From the NCBI GenBank assembly GCA_976551045.1, contig CDPCPM010000021.1:10354001-10418000 (forward strand): a stretch of DNA of 64,000 nt. Reading direction: 5' to 3'. Position numbers and translations under genes: made by a program. The notes beneath the pieces are model-generated. The model was not told where the DNA came from. It made no database searches and was given only the letters and a program-made list of their open reading frames with translations. The stretch is from Glaucostegus cemiculus (lineage: Eukaryota). Shown piece by piece: positions 12,551-24,640 of this stretch. How positions within the stretch are numbered: the first letter of the stretch is position 1; every line of letters begins with the position of its first letter.

Positions 12551-13589
12551 TATAATACATGAGTGTTTTGTCAAGCAGTACTCTGCCACCACATAAAGAA
12601 ATCATCTCTTAGACAGTCGGGGATTACGTTTTTTTTTAAATGTGATGCTCTAATAACGTTCAGTAGCATATATATAAAGAAGCACAAGGCCACTGTTTTT
12701 TTTCACCTTTTGTAGAACTGTATTTTGTTCTTTCCAAAATGGGCCAATGTAGAATGAGGTTAAAAGGTGCTCAGGGCTGCTGGTTAAATCTTTCATAATT
12801 TAATTCAATAAAATAGTGTATCTGATTCAAGTGTCAAAGGGAACAGAAGTTACCTGACAATACTGACAGGTTGGTTTCATCCAATATTTCACAGGATCTT
12901 CAAAGGTGTCAATTGCTTTGTGATTCAGCCCATGGTCTGAGAAGGCAATGCTACAGAACACATTGAGCTGCAGAGCTGCATACACCTCAGACAATGCCAT
13001 TTCTTGGCAGCAGGTCAGTCTGCCTGCATCACTGGTGCAGGCTGGTATCTCAGTCTGATGACCCTTATCTGCCTTTGCAGAACTGAAGATTTTTTCCCTT
13101 TCTATTTGTATAATACTTGTTACAAAGGAAAACTAATTTCATACTGACATTTCGTTTATTGCTGTTTCACATTTTGCTTTTGAGGTCATTTCTTTAAATC
13201 ATTTGAGTCATGGCTCCTGGGAGATGATCATAGATGTATCACGGAATGTCTGCTCAGTCACAATGGCTTTGTCAGGATTTCCAGTGAGGATTGATTAGTG
13301 CTGATTAAGGGAGAATTGTCAAATCCATTAAAGATTTTTTAAAAAAACTTGGATTCATATAGTGCTTTTATTAATCTCAAGCTACTCTAAAGCATACTAC
13401 ATCTAATCAAGTGATAGGGGTTTTAATGTAGAACCAACAACAATTTGCAAGTATATGAAACCTTTAATGTCATGTACCATCCCAAGGTTTTTGATGGACG
13501 TGTAGTCACTGAGATGTAAGGCCAAAGAAGGAAATGGGAGAAATTATTTGGAGAATTAAGGTAACAGCAAGAGGTATTAAATATTTTAT

Positions 13590-15530
13590 ATTTGCTTCAG
13601 GGGACAAAACAAATAAGATCTCCTGGAAATGGTGGAGGACACAGGACTGGAGTGAATGAAGATCTCAAAGAGATTAGCGTTAGTTGAAAACCTACAAGAG
13701 AAATTAACCAAACTGAAAGGCAAAAATTTATCAGGTCCTTTAATAACCAGAATCATAGAGTTTTGAAGAAGGTAATGTGGAAGTAATAGTGGTCATCTAA
13801 AATTCAAAAGCAGTTCCGGTTAAACAGTGGTATTACGGTACTTTGGAAGATAGAAAATGTAATCCCTGTTTTTAAGAGAGGAGGAAGAGAGAAAGTGTGG
13901 AACCACATCAGTAGAAGAGGAAATGTAGGGACCTATAAACTGAGGACTGTTTGAAATAGGTTCGGGCTGAGTCAGCATGAATTTATGAAAGGGAAACCCA
14001 TTAGATTCTTTTGAAGTTGCAACAAAATAGCTAAGGGCGAACCAGTTTGGACTTTCAGATAGCCTTTGATAAAGTGTCACATAAGAGATTATTAACCAAA
14101 ATTAATGTGCACAGCATGATTAAATTAGTAAATTGGTTTATTATTATCACAGGTACTGAGGTACAGTGAAAATTTTTGTTCTGCATGCCATCCATACAGA
14201 TCATTTCATCACATCAGTGCATTGAGGTAGTACAAGGGAAAAACAATAACAGAATGCAGAATAAAGTGTTTCCATGATGGAGAAAGTGCACTGCAGGCAG
14301 ACAATAAGGTGCAAGGCCATGATGAGGTAGATTGTGAGGTCAAGGGTCCATCTTATCGTACAATAGTCTTATAACAGCAGGATAGAAGCTGTCTTAGATC
14401 CTGGTGGTCTGTGCTTTCAGGCTTTTATAGCTACTGCCCAATGGGACAGGGGAGAAGAGAGAATGTCCAAGGTGGGTGGGGTTTTTGATTACTTTGGCTG
14501 TTTTACCAAGGCAGTGAGAAGTGCAGATGGAGTCCATGGAGGGTAGGTACTGGAAGTTGATTATTAGACTGAAAGCAGAGAATATGAATAAACAGGTCAT
14601 TTTTCAGATGGAAGTCAATAGGGGGCCATGGGGATCAATGTTGGGACCTCAGAAATTCTCAATCTGTACCAATGATTGGATAACAGGGTTATATATCTTA
14701 GTTTCCTGATGATACAAATCTGAGTAGCAGTTTGGGTTGTGGGAAGGGCAGAGAGAGACTTCTGGGAGATATAGACATATTGTGTGAATGAGCAAGGACA
14801 TAGAAAATGGAATATAGTGCAAAGTCATCCACTCTGGCAGAAAAAAATATCAGAAAGCCAGATTATTTTTTAAATGGTGAGAGATTGAAATATTTTGTTG
14901 TTCAGTGACCTATGTGTTCTTGTAAAACAAATCACTGAAAGTTAACATACTTGTAAAGCAAGGAATTCAGAAAACAAATGGTATGCTGACCTTCATGCAA
15001 GAGGATTTGAGTTAGGAGAAGAAAGGTGCACTCCATTGTATAAGATCCTGGTGAGACAGCACCTGGAATATTGTTTACAGATAAGGTCTCCCTATCTATG
15101 GAAGGATGTGCTCTTGAGAGAGGGAATGGGGTGAAGATTCTCCAGATTGGTTTGGCTGTTTTGCGAAAGATTATGCAGATGGGACCTATGCGTCCTTGTG
15201 GTTACAAAAAATGAGAGGTGATCTCATGGACCCATCGTACATTTTTACAAGATTTTGACAAGGTAAATACTGGGAAGATGTTTTACCTATCTGGAGTGTC
15301 TAAATCCCATGGTCTCAAGAAAAGGGTGATCAACTATCCAGGACAGATGAGATGAAATTTCTTCACCCAGAGGGTGGTGAATCTTGTAATTTTCTACCCA
15401 AGAGTGCTGTGGAGACTCAGTGTATTCAAGACAGAGAATGGTGGAATTTTAGATATTAACAATAATGAGGGGATGTGGGGTGATGCAGGAAAGTCAGGCT
15501 GAAGTTGTGTATAGATCAGCCACAATCTTA
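13590..15530 (+). mobile_element. Old CR1 LINE ORF2 remnant, interrupted at ~14120-14545
   Basis: Decayed RT motifs: CAGCATGAATTTATGAAAGGG (QHGF-like), GACTTTCAGATAGCCTTTGATAAAGTG (DFxKAFDKV-like), GGATCAATGTTGGGACCT (GSVLGP-like), TTTCCTGATGATACAAA (FADDTK-like), plus a CR1 3' end. Confidence 0.75.
14120..14545 (-). mobile_element. Rex1-type LINE 3' fragment inserted into CR1
   Basis: Minus-strand ORF ..LPSMDSICTSHCLGKTAKVIKNPTHLGHSLFSPVPLG.. and a tail ending GTGATAATAATAAACCAAT. Confidence 0.8.
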
Positions 15531-15800
15531 GAACAAGTTTTAACCCACAGAGGCTTCAGACGGAATCTGGTCCCTAATTCTTGTTCAAATTTCAATGTCC
15601 TTGAAGTCTGGCAAGTTTTGAATAAGTTTGACAAAAGATCAAAGGTACATTTAGCCTGTAGCTGTCAGTCTCAGAACAGAGGCTGCAATTTCTTTCCACC
15701 GTTCAATGTCGCTGCCTGTCAGTTTTCTGTAATTTTTTGTGCGAACAAACCTGCTGTTATTGTGTACCAATCATGCTTACTGCACAATCTCATTGGTTTT

Positions 15801-16093
15801 CAGGCCATCCCTGGATTAAGAACGCCCAACTTATAGATACCCCCTACACATCAACAAGCTCCCATAATAATATTAAACCCCTATGAACAGCAGAACTAGT
15901 TTTTCATCTCTCTCCACTTTTAGTAGTTGTTCTTTCTTGTCAGTCTTATGTGCCTTTGATGCTATTCTTAACAACACTGTGGAGATATGGTTACTATAAT
16001 GAGTGATTTTTTATGTATTTTCTTACTTATGGAAAAAATCAACTTATAGATGTCTGTAAAAACCAAACCCGTTTGTTACCCAGAGATGGCCTA
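15801..16093. mobile_element. Tc1/mariner Tigger-like MITE
   Basis: TIRs CAGGCCATCCCTGGATTAAGAACG / CGTTTGTTACCCAGAGATGGCCTA, TA on the right flank, internal repeated CAACTTATAGAT. Confidence 0.65.
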
Positions 16094-16919
16094 TATAAGT
16101 TGTTTTTTTCTCTAGGGACTTCATTTTTAGGGAAAACAACTGCATTGGCTTTAAAAAAAAATATATGTTTTACTATAAGCTTTAGACCAACAATGGGGGT
16201 AAAAACCAATTCAGGTTCGAAACATTATTAGTGACATACCTTGTTATGTTTTACAATATACTTGCTTCAAAAAAAGTTTTCAGTAAAAAATGAGCAAGCA
16301 TGAAAATTAAAAGGCAAACCTAATTTTATTAGATGAGCACACTGTCTCCTCCTTTGATGTTAGACCCTTACAAAAATACCTGACATTTTTACTGACAACG
16401 GTTTGTGTTGGACTCTCTCAAATACGCCCACTGTATCATGCATGTTTGCCTCCAGCCATACAGGAAAGTAGAACAAGGCTGGTGGCAGGTCTGCATAGAA
16501 AATCTCTTGCTCAGCAACACCTGCCTTCATTCTATTCCAAGTGGATCCGATTAGGGTAATTCTCAGTGGGATGCTTTTGCACAGGAGGCAAGAAAGGAAA
16601 GCAACTGACTCAAAGCAGTAAGAGAGAAATACTCTATAAATGAACCCCAAAGTCTACAAAATGAATATTTTTTTTCTTTTAATTACAGTTCAACATTTAA
16701 GATTTGACTGGGAGCTCTGTGCTCCTAACCATCTGCCTGGTTGAATTTCCTTCTTGTGTAAAATAGGCTATTCTATCTCACGAACTGATACTCAAAGATC
16801 TGAAAGCCACTGATCGCAGCAGTGAGCTGGTGAGTGGTAGCGAGTTTCAGTGGTCTGCCCCGTTAAAGTGAGAAGACTTCTGCAATTGATCAGACACTCC
16901 CAATACAATCGCTTAGAGT

Positions 16920-17065
16920 CAAAAGCAACAAACGGTCTGCTGGAGGAACTCATCAGGTTGAGTAGCATCTGTGAGTGGAAAGGAATTGTCGACGTTTTGG
17001 GTTGAAACCCTGTGTCAGAAGAGTTTGTTGCTCCAGGTTCCAGCATCTGCAGTCTCTTGTGACTC
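16920..17065. mobile_element. Penelope-derived palindromic repeat, internally deleted
   Basis: GCAACAAAC..TGCTGGAGGAACTC..GTCGACGTTTTGGGTTGAAACCC, then the inverted arm TTTGTTGCTCCAGGTTCCAGCATCTGCAGTC. Confidence 0.7.
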
Positions 17066-17179
17066 CCACTTTGTGTCTAAGACTGTTTCTTCTTCTGAAG
17101 GACACCACTGAAATAGCAGGGTTTTTAATGATGATGTATCACCTTCCTGGACTTCTGGTGTTAGTTTACTACTTCACAG

Positions 17180-18310
17180 TAAACTTCAAGTTCACAGCTT
17201 GCTGTGCTGGGATATTGAGTCCAATCCTTCAGCTTGCTCTTTCAGCCCTAAGACTATATTAGGTCATGCCTGTCACTGAGTTCTACCCTCTGTTATAAAA
17301 CCCACAGCTTTATTTGCTGTGATCTAATTTCCCACTCTCATGTTTCTGTTTCATAAGTTCGATTCCCGTTCAGGGTGTTAACTCGAATAAGCTCTCTCTA
17401 CTGCCCTGGACATGGACACTGCACACCATATCTATTCACAGCCAAATGCCTTTCTTTCATTAGAGAACACTGATCCTTGGCTTGGCTTTGGAAAATAGGG
17501 AATTACAACAGTGAGGGCCGAAACATGATGCAGCAATGTGAACCAGAGAGTTATATGATTGGAATATTAGAAGTGAAGGTGCTCCTTTCTGATCTGTCAA
17601 AATAGATTGATCAGTGTGATAGATGGAGTTATATAAACTTGCACACTTCAAGTCAATGAGGAAACTAAAATACTAAATATGGAGATATCAAAATTGCATT
17701 GCAGTATTAATTATCTTCTGTTAAACTGCAATAATGCATTTCAGATAAAATTAAATGCATATTATAGTTACCTCTTTTGGTGACAGAATGAAGAATGTGT
17801 AAGGGCTTATTTATAACTGACCCAACTTCTAAATACCTTGCAACAATAGTTGGATAGAATTATGTGGAGGACTTAATTATATGGTGAGATCCACAGTCTT
17901 TAAGCTCTCAGAGCTCTGCATCCAGAAATGACTGCAATGAGATGAATGGTGCGCAGCCAGCAGTTACCATGGTTACAATGCAACACTGTGAATAGTTAGG
18001 AAAAGAAAGAAAACCATCATATATTTGAAATCTGAATTCCAAATAGGTCCATCACCTCCTGGGAACGAGAAGAGCCAGGGTGATGTATTGGGTGGGGACC
18101 AACAGGATCCTATTCTGGCCTTTCTTCAGCAGAAGATCACAAAGACTGAAATGAGTGCACGACCAATATAACTAGAATTAAACATGGAGGTAATAGAAGC
18201 AGAAATCCAAGTCTGAATTGCACATTTTACAACAGTGTAACAAAAAAATCACAAAATCAGCGTAAGTTTCAGGCTCACAAATAGTTTGCTGGGGCAATTC
18301 AAAGGTTATT
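17180..18310 (+). repeat. Left arm of ~1.1 kb inverted segmental duplication
   Basis: Reverse complement of 25790-26920. 17271-17420 vs 26690-26839 has 4 mismatches in 150 nt, and 17552-17629 vs 26481-26558 is identical over 78 nt. Confidence 0.95.
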
Positions 18311-19439
18311 GTGTGGAATATATTTGCCTCCAGTAATAAATACAAATAGAGCAGGGTTGATGACAAGCGAACCTCTCACTCAGTACAATCTGCTTAACAT
18401 CTCTTCCTTCACCTGATTCCAAGTGGATCAGATCAGGGCAATTCCCAATGGAATTCTTATAATGAAGTAGGAGACAAAAAAAATGGTAATTGTTGTGAAA
18501 GCTCATGAGAAAACTAGTCCTTAAGTGCACTGTAAGGTCTAGAAAATGATTAGTTTTAATTACTGATCAGCATTTACAATATGAGAGGGAGCTCTTCTCC
18601 CAGCCCCTTTGCCTGTGTACAATTTCCATCCTACGTAAAATGAGCTCTTACACCCCACGAGCTGGTTCATGAAGATCTAAAGGCACCAATCACTAGCACT
18701 GAACTGTTGATTGGAAGTGAGTTTCAATAAAATACCTTGTTAAAATGAGAAACCTGCTGTGGACCTTGGGGTCGATTCAGTTCTCCCCATAGTATTGTTT
18801 AGACTCTGAAATCATTTCCTACCTTCTTCCTAGAGTTCCTTCCATTGCACAGATCATCTATTTCCTCTCCAGTTTATAAACGTTTTGTGCTGTATCATAT
18901 TTTAATTGGATTGTTATTGCAGTGCTGCAGATCAATAGCTCCTAGATACATTTTTCTTAAGCTTTTTGTACCACAGCTGCAGAAAGAATAGAAGGGGGAA
19001 GTGGAAATATCTGGCTTGCTGGGCGTACATGTGAATCAATTCTGAAATAAATAAGTTGCATTTTTTTCTGTGCGTCCTTTACAGTTCAAGAGAAGTAATC
19101 CAATGAACAAGCATTAACCCATGCTAAACCAGTGTATCTTGTTTTATTTTTGGCTGATTAAAGATCTTCAGCACAAACTCCGCTCTGAATTGGGTGATAA
19201 GCCAATTCACACAATGAACCTGATATTAGTGGAGGCGGTAAGGGTGGCAGGTTCCAGTTCATAGACTGATCATTGCGGATCTTTGTCTAACCTGTTGCCA
19301 TACTTCAACACTGGTACAAAGCTGATGAGTGCAAAGGTGATATTTTTAAATTCTTAAATTCTAATTATTATTTGATTTCAATCAACAATAATTTAATCTT
19401 CAAATGGAAGTGTTGAATGAAAGTTTTTGTTTGAAAGTG

Positions 19440-19600
19440 TTTGATCAGTTAAAACAAAGTGATTTAAAAAAAATAACTTCAGTATGTTTTGAATATTTTC
19501 AGATTTAAATTTAATTGTAGGTTTTCAACCTACTAAACCAAAAAGCATTGCTTAGCTAGCTGACCAAGTTTATTCAGCTGTTTTTTTTTGCATAGGACTG
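19440..19600 (+). repeat. Direct repeat copy 1 (paralog at ~20970-21130)
   Basis: TTTTCAACCTACTAAACCAAAAAGCATTGCTTAGCTAGCTGACCAAGTTTATTCAGCTGTTTTTTTTTGCATAGGACT vs TTTTCAACTAACTAAACCAGAAGGTATTGCTAAGCTGGCTGACAGAGTATATTCAGCTGTTTCTTTTTTGCATGGGACT. Confidence 0.85.
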
Positions 19601-19619
19601 TAAACAAGGGAGGTAACTA

Positions 19620-20255
19620 AGGGCAGTACAGCGATATAGCTGGTAGAGCCATTGCATCATAAGCCAAAGGACCCAAGTTCAATCCTGACCTCTGTTGTCT
19701 GTGTGAAGTTTGCGCATTCTCCCTGTGACTACATGGATTTCCTCCAGGTGCTCTGGTTTCCTCCAACATCCCAAGGATGTGCAAGTTGGTAAGATTTAAG
19801 ATTTTTTTATTAGTCACGTGTACATCGAAACACACAGTGAAATGCATTGCGTTGAGTGTTCTGGGGGGCAGCCACGCTTCCGGCGCCAACATAGCATGTC
19901 CACAATTTCCTAACTCGTCCGTCTTTGGCATGTGGGAGGAAACTGGAGCACCTGGAGGAAACGCACGCAGAAATGGGGAGAATGTACAAACTCCTTACAG
20001 AGACCGGCGGGAATTGAACCCAGGTCGCTGTCTCTGTAACAGCGTTACACTAACCACTACACTACTGTGCCTGATCACTGTAAAATGTTCCCAGCATATA
20101 GCTGAGTGGTAGAATCTGGGCAGAGTTAATCAGAATGTGGGGAGAATAAAAATAAATTGGCATTAATCCAGGATTAGTGTAAATGTGTTGTTGATGGTTG
20201 GCACAGACTCGGTGGGCTGAAAGGCCTGTTTCCATGATGCATCTCTCTATGACTC
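19620..20255 (+). mobile_element. V-SINE (HE1-like) with an antisense second-family SINE nested at ~19790-20070
   Basis: Sense SINE head 19620-19790 and its body/tail 20070-20255 are split by a reverse-oriented copy of the 61262-type SINE. Confidence 0.85.
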
Positions 20256-20969
20256 TAGCAGCACAAGTGAGCTGAGAGCCAAACATCTGTTTTCTATTAT
20301 ATATGGGGAATGATACTGGTAGCAGAAAACCACACTGTGAGATTGATAGCTGGCATTGAGTTATACATAGAATTTTGTCAGATTTTCCAGTGAATTTGTG
20401 TACTTCCTGGCATTTCCCCATGCTATGTTGGCTCTGGAAGCGTGGTGACACTTGTGGGCTGTCCCCAGAACACTCCATGCAAAAAGATGCATTTCACTGT
20501 GTGTTTTGATGTACATATGACTAATAAAGATATCATATTTTATCTTAATGCCAAAAATCTGGGATTTCCCCACAAGTGCAGGAATATGGAGGTCTTAAAT
20601 GATGACAGCTTTTTGACATAATTTCCTTCCACTTGTCTCCAATGTTGGATTCCATGGAGAGTCCAGCATGGGATGACAACATTGATAAGATTTCCCATCC
20701 TATTAATCAGAATCAGATTTATTATCACTGACTTACATGACATGAAATTTGTTCTTTTGTGGCAACAGTACAGTGCAAAAACATAAGATTGCTATAAATT
20801 GCATAAATAAATAAATGGTGCAGTAAAAATACTGCAAATAACCTGAACCAAGTTTAATCTAGTTCAGGGAGCACTCGTTGATTAACTTCAATGGAGAAGA
20901 ATGACAGTGAAGGGTTTAGATATTTTTAATTGTTTGTGTTTTCATTTATATACTTTGTTTTTTTTAATT

Positions 20970-21130
20970 GTTTGATTAGTTAAAATGAAATGAGTTTTTA
21001 AAAATAACTTTATGTTTTCCATGTTATAAAATTTCAATCTAATTATACATTTTCAACTAACTAAACCAGAAGGTATTGCTAAGCTGGCTGACAGAGTATA
21101 TTCAGCTGTTTCTTTTTTGCATGGGACTTT
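20970..21130 (+). repeat. Direct repeat copy 2 (paralog of 19440-19600)
   Basis: See copy 1. Confidence 0.85.
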
Positions 21131-22089
21131 CTTTGCATCATCTCCCTGCCTCTCCATGTTGAGAATTGGGCTAAGTTCCCACTGGGAAAACTACATGAGA
21201 GAAGTAGAAATTATTTCCTGTAGTCAGTGCACTGCTGACTGCAAAAATGTGGCCCATTAAATACTTCGCAATGTGTTACACATTGAGAAATAAGCAGTTG
21301 GCCATGAGTTGAAAAGAGTGATCAATAATCTGTGGTGAACTCAGTATAATAGAAAAAGAATGTGCATTCATATAATGACTTTCATAACCACAGGATATGG
21401 AAGATCAACCGCTGAACTACATTTGAAGTCAAGTCGCTATTATAATTTATGAAAGAGCGACAGCAAACTTCCACACAGTCAGGTCCATTAAACAGAAATT
21501 AGACTATTCTGTTTAATGATGTTGGCTGAGGGATGAATGTTGGCCACAAGATTGAAAATCCTCCAATGATTTGGTTCAGATTGTGCCAAAAGATTATGTA
21601 CATCTGTCTCAGAGAGCCACCAGACTTCAGGTTTATCTGAAAGCCATCAGCACTCTCAAAGGTCAGCACTCTCATAGTACCCTTGGCCAGAGCTTGTCAG
21701 TGGTGGGCTTTGCACCCACAACCCTTAGAGTTAATGGTTTGAAATGTACCACCAACTCAGCGTTGAAACCTACAATATATGTTTAGTGTGTGACATATTT
21801 GACAGAGCGACAGGAATTGCTTAGTACTGGCCAAGTTAATTTTAGAAATTGCAAGTAGGAAGTGTAATTGTACAGATTAAGGAAAAGGTTAAGTCTCATT
21901 TCCCACGATGTGTTCATTGTCATCACTGGTAATGGCTTCCAACCAACACACACAATCGTAAGAAGGAGGAGCTCATATGACCCCTTGTCCCTGCTCTATC
22001 ATTCAATAAGATCATGGCTGATTTCTGGCATGGATACACTGAGCAACTGAACACTTCAGTCCTCTGCAAAGGTTCATCACCATAAAACT

Positions 22090-23790
22090 TTAGAGTTGTG
22101 CAGCACAGAAACAGGCCATTTGGTCCACCACATCTATGCTGCCCTCTTTGCCCATCTACATGAATTCAATTAGCACTTATTAGAACCATATCCTTCCATT
22201 CCTGGCCTATTCAAGTGTCTGTCTATCGTAGTGATTTTATCTGATTCCATCACCTCCTCTGGTACCATTAATGTCAACCACTCTTTGTGTAAAAAAATAT
22301 TTCCCCTCAAATCTCCTTTAAAACTCTCTAGTCTCACCTTAAACCTATGCTCTCTTGTCTTTGATACTACTACCATGCAGAAAAGATTATATGCCTCTTA
22401 TATTATATACCTCTATCATGTCACCCCTCAGCCTCCTTTACTCCAGGGAAAAGCAAGCCCAGCCCTTCTGATTTCTCCTCACAGTTAAAGTCCTCCATTC
22501 CAGGCAACATCCTGTTGAATCTTCTCTGCATTCTTCCCAGCCAAATCAGATCCTTCCTATAATGTGGTGACGAGAACAGTACACAATACTCCAAGTGCAG
22601 TTTAACCAGTGTTTTGCAAAACTGTAACATAACCTCCCAAACTTATATTCTATGTCCTGACCTATGATGGCAAGCATGCCATGCTTTCTTCACCACCTTG
22701 TATACCTGTGTTACCACTTTTAGGTAACTATGGACTTGAACTCTAGAGTTCCTCTGTCCATCAACATTTCTTCACACCACTACCATTTGCTGTATATGCC
22801 CAACCCCTAATTTGGCTTCCCAAAATGCATCACCTGGCATTTGTTGGGATTAAATTCAATCTGCGAGTGCTCCACCCAACTTTTCCTTCTGATCTATACA
22901 CTGCTGCAGCCTTCTCCGTGGATTGTCACCTTGTCGTGGTGGAGAGGCTTGTGTGGTCCTGAGATCCCGAGCTATGCTCCTGGTCGGGCCACCCATAGCA
23001 GTAAAGTCAATGGTGAGGTCCCTGACAAAGAACAGTCCAACCAAGAGCTCAATGGTGGAACAGGCGGACAAAGTTACTTCGAAGAAAAAAAATGGGCGGC
23101 GCGGACTCGTTGGGCCAAAAGGGCCTGTTACCACGCTGTAAATAAAATATTTAAAAAAAAGAACTCATTGGCTGTGAAGGCGGATGAAGGCTGCAACAAA
23201 TCCATCAGCTCCAAACGTCATGGTTTCCATGCCATTGGAATCAGTTGGTTGATTTGTAAAGTATTGTGTGCTTTTTGTAGTGCAACATCAAGTACACGTT
23301 AAACAAATAGACACACAGACGTCTTCGCTCTGTGGGCTACTTCTGATCAACGGAACGAAGACCATCATCCTCAACCTCGAGGGACAGCCACGATGACGAC
23401 GGCAGCCTTAGACAACCTTACTTGCTATCCACAACACCACCAATTTTCATCACATCTGCAAACTTACTAATGATACCTCCTACATTCACATCCAAGTCAT
23501 TAATATTTATCAATAAACAATAAAGGTCCCAGCATCGAACCCTGCTGTAAGACCACTGGTCATAGACTTCCAGTCACAAAAAAATTACTTTCCACCTCCA
23601 CTCTCTGCCAACTATCACAAATCCAATTTTGGATCTAATTAGCCAGCTTGCTTTGGATCCCACCTAGCTTAACTTTCTGGACCAGCCTACCATTATCTAC
23701 TCAACTGCCATACTGAAGTCCATATTGGAGGTGTCTATTAGTCTGACTTCATCAATCCTCTTTGTTACCATCTGGGTCAAGACATTTCTT
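22090..23790 (-). mobile_element. CR1 LINE 3' portion, interrupted by an RTE-derived insertion
   Basis: Minus-strand ORFs (..KTLVKLHLEYCVLFSSPHYRKD..RMQRRFNRMLPG; ..SKTREHRFKV..). The host reads continuously across the insertion (CTGCTGCAGCCTT|AGACAACC). Confidence 0.85.
22914..23401 (+). mobile_element. Non-autonomous bipartite RTE (Expander/BovB-like) derivative with 8-bp TSD
   Basis: GCAGCCTT at 22906-22913 and 23402-23409. The 5' end has GTCACCTTGTCGTGGTGG..GGGCCACCCA..TGACAAAG, resembling RTE 5' UTRs. The 3' end CCTCGAGGGAC matches the RTE end at ~5030, followed by a GATGACGAC tail. Confidence 0.75.
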
Positions 23791-24104
23791 TTCATATTGG
23801 TCTTGAACTATAGATTCATATTTTGACAGCACTAATGGTCACCTCTCTGAAGATGGCAATGGTTGACATACTTATTGCCTTCAACTGAAAGAGATCACCA
23901 TTTCTCAGATGAACAATATATATTTAATGAGTAGTTAACATGTATATTCATTTCTTTTGAACTGTTTGCATTCTTAGATCCTTTAGCAGCTCTTACCTGA
24001 ACATAAGACATCATTGCTCTGGAACCTCGAATTGACTGGGTGCACTGACATCAAAGGTGAAAACAGCAGCCATAATATTTATTTCCTGACTTTCTCTTTG
24101 ACAG

Positions 24105-24640
24105 TGATACAAGGGACTGCAGATGCTGGAATCTGCAGCAACACACAAAAAGCTGGAGGAACTCAATGGGTCAGGCAGCACCTTTGGAGGGAAATGGACA
24201 GACAACGTTTTGGGTTGAGACCCTTCATCTTCTCCTTGACACTCTGATTACTTTGAGAGCAAAATTTTGCCAATGCTGAAAATCTGAAGTAAAAATGGAT
24301 GCTGGAAATATTCAGGCAGCATCCGTGGAGAGCGGTATGGAAGCCTGAAGTCCCACACCATCAGGTTCAAGAACAGCTACTTCCCTTCAGTTTTTCAGTT
24401 CCTTGAACCAACTTGCACAACCCTAAACACTACAACACTGTGACCACTTTGATGGCTTTGCACTAAAATGGACTTTTGTTCTAATTGTTTTCTTTCTTGT
24501 AAAAATTGTGTATAATTTATGTTTAATTTATGATTTTCTTGTAAATGTTTTGTCTCTAATGCTATGTGCCTGTGATGCTGCTGCAAGTAAGTTTTTCATT
24601 ACACTTGTGCATATGACAATGAACTTGACTTTGACTTTGA
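24105..24640 (+). mobile_element. Composite: two Penelope-derived fragments plus a Rex1-type 3' end
   Basis: GACTGCAGATGCTGGAATC..GACCCTTCATC, spacer, TGCTGAAAATCTGAA..CAGCATCCGTGGAGAG fused to GAAGCCTGAAGTCCCACACC..TGACTTTGACTTTGA. Confidence 0.75.

Noticed and set aside
18226-18262. RSS-like heptamer/nonamer (AACAGTG..ACAAAATCA; AGCAGTG..ACAAAAACA in the other arm)
   Set aside because: The heptamer lacks the invariant CAC, spacers are not 12/23, and no V, D or J segment is adjacent.
19620-19700. tRNA-like sequences (also ~31035, ~48625, ~61265)
   Set aside because: These are SINE heads with A/B boxes running into V-domain bodies, not tRNA genes.
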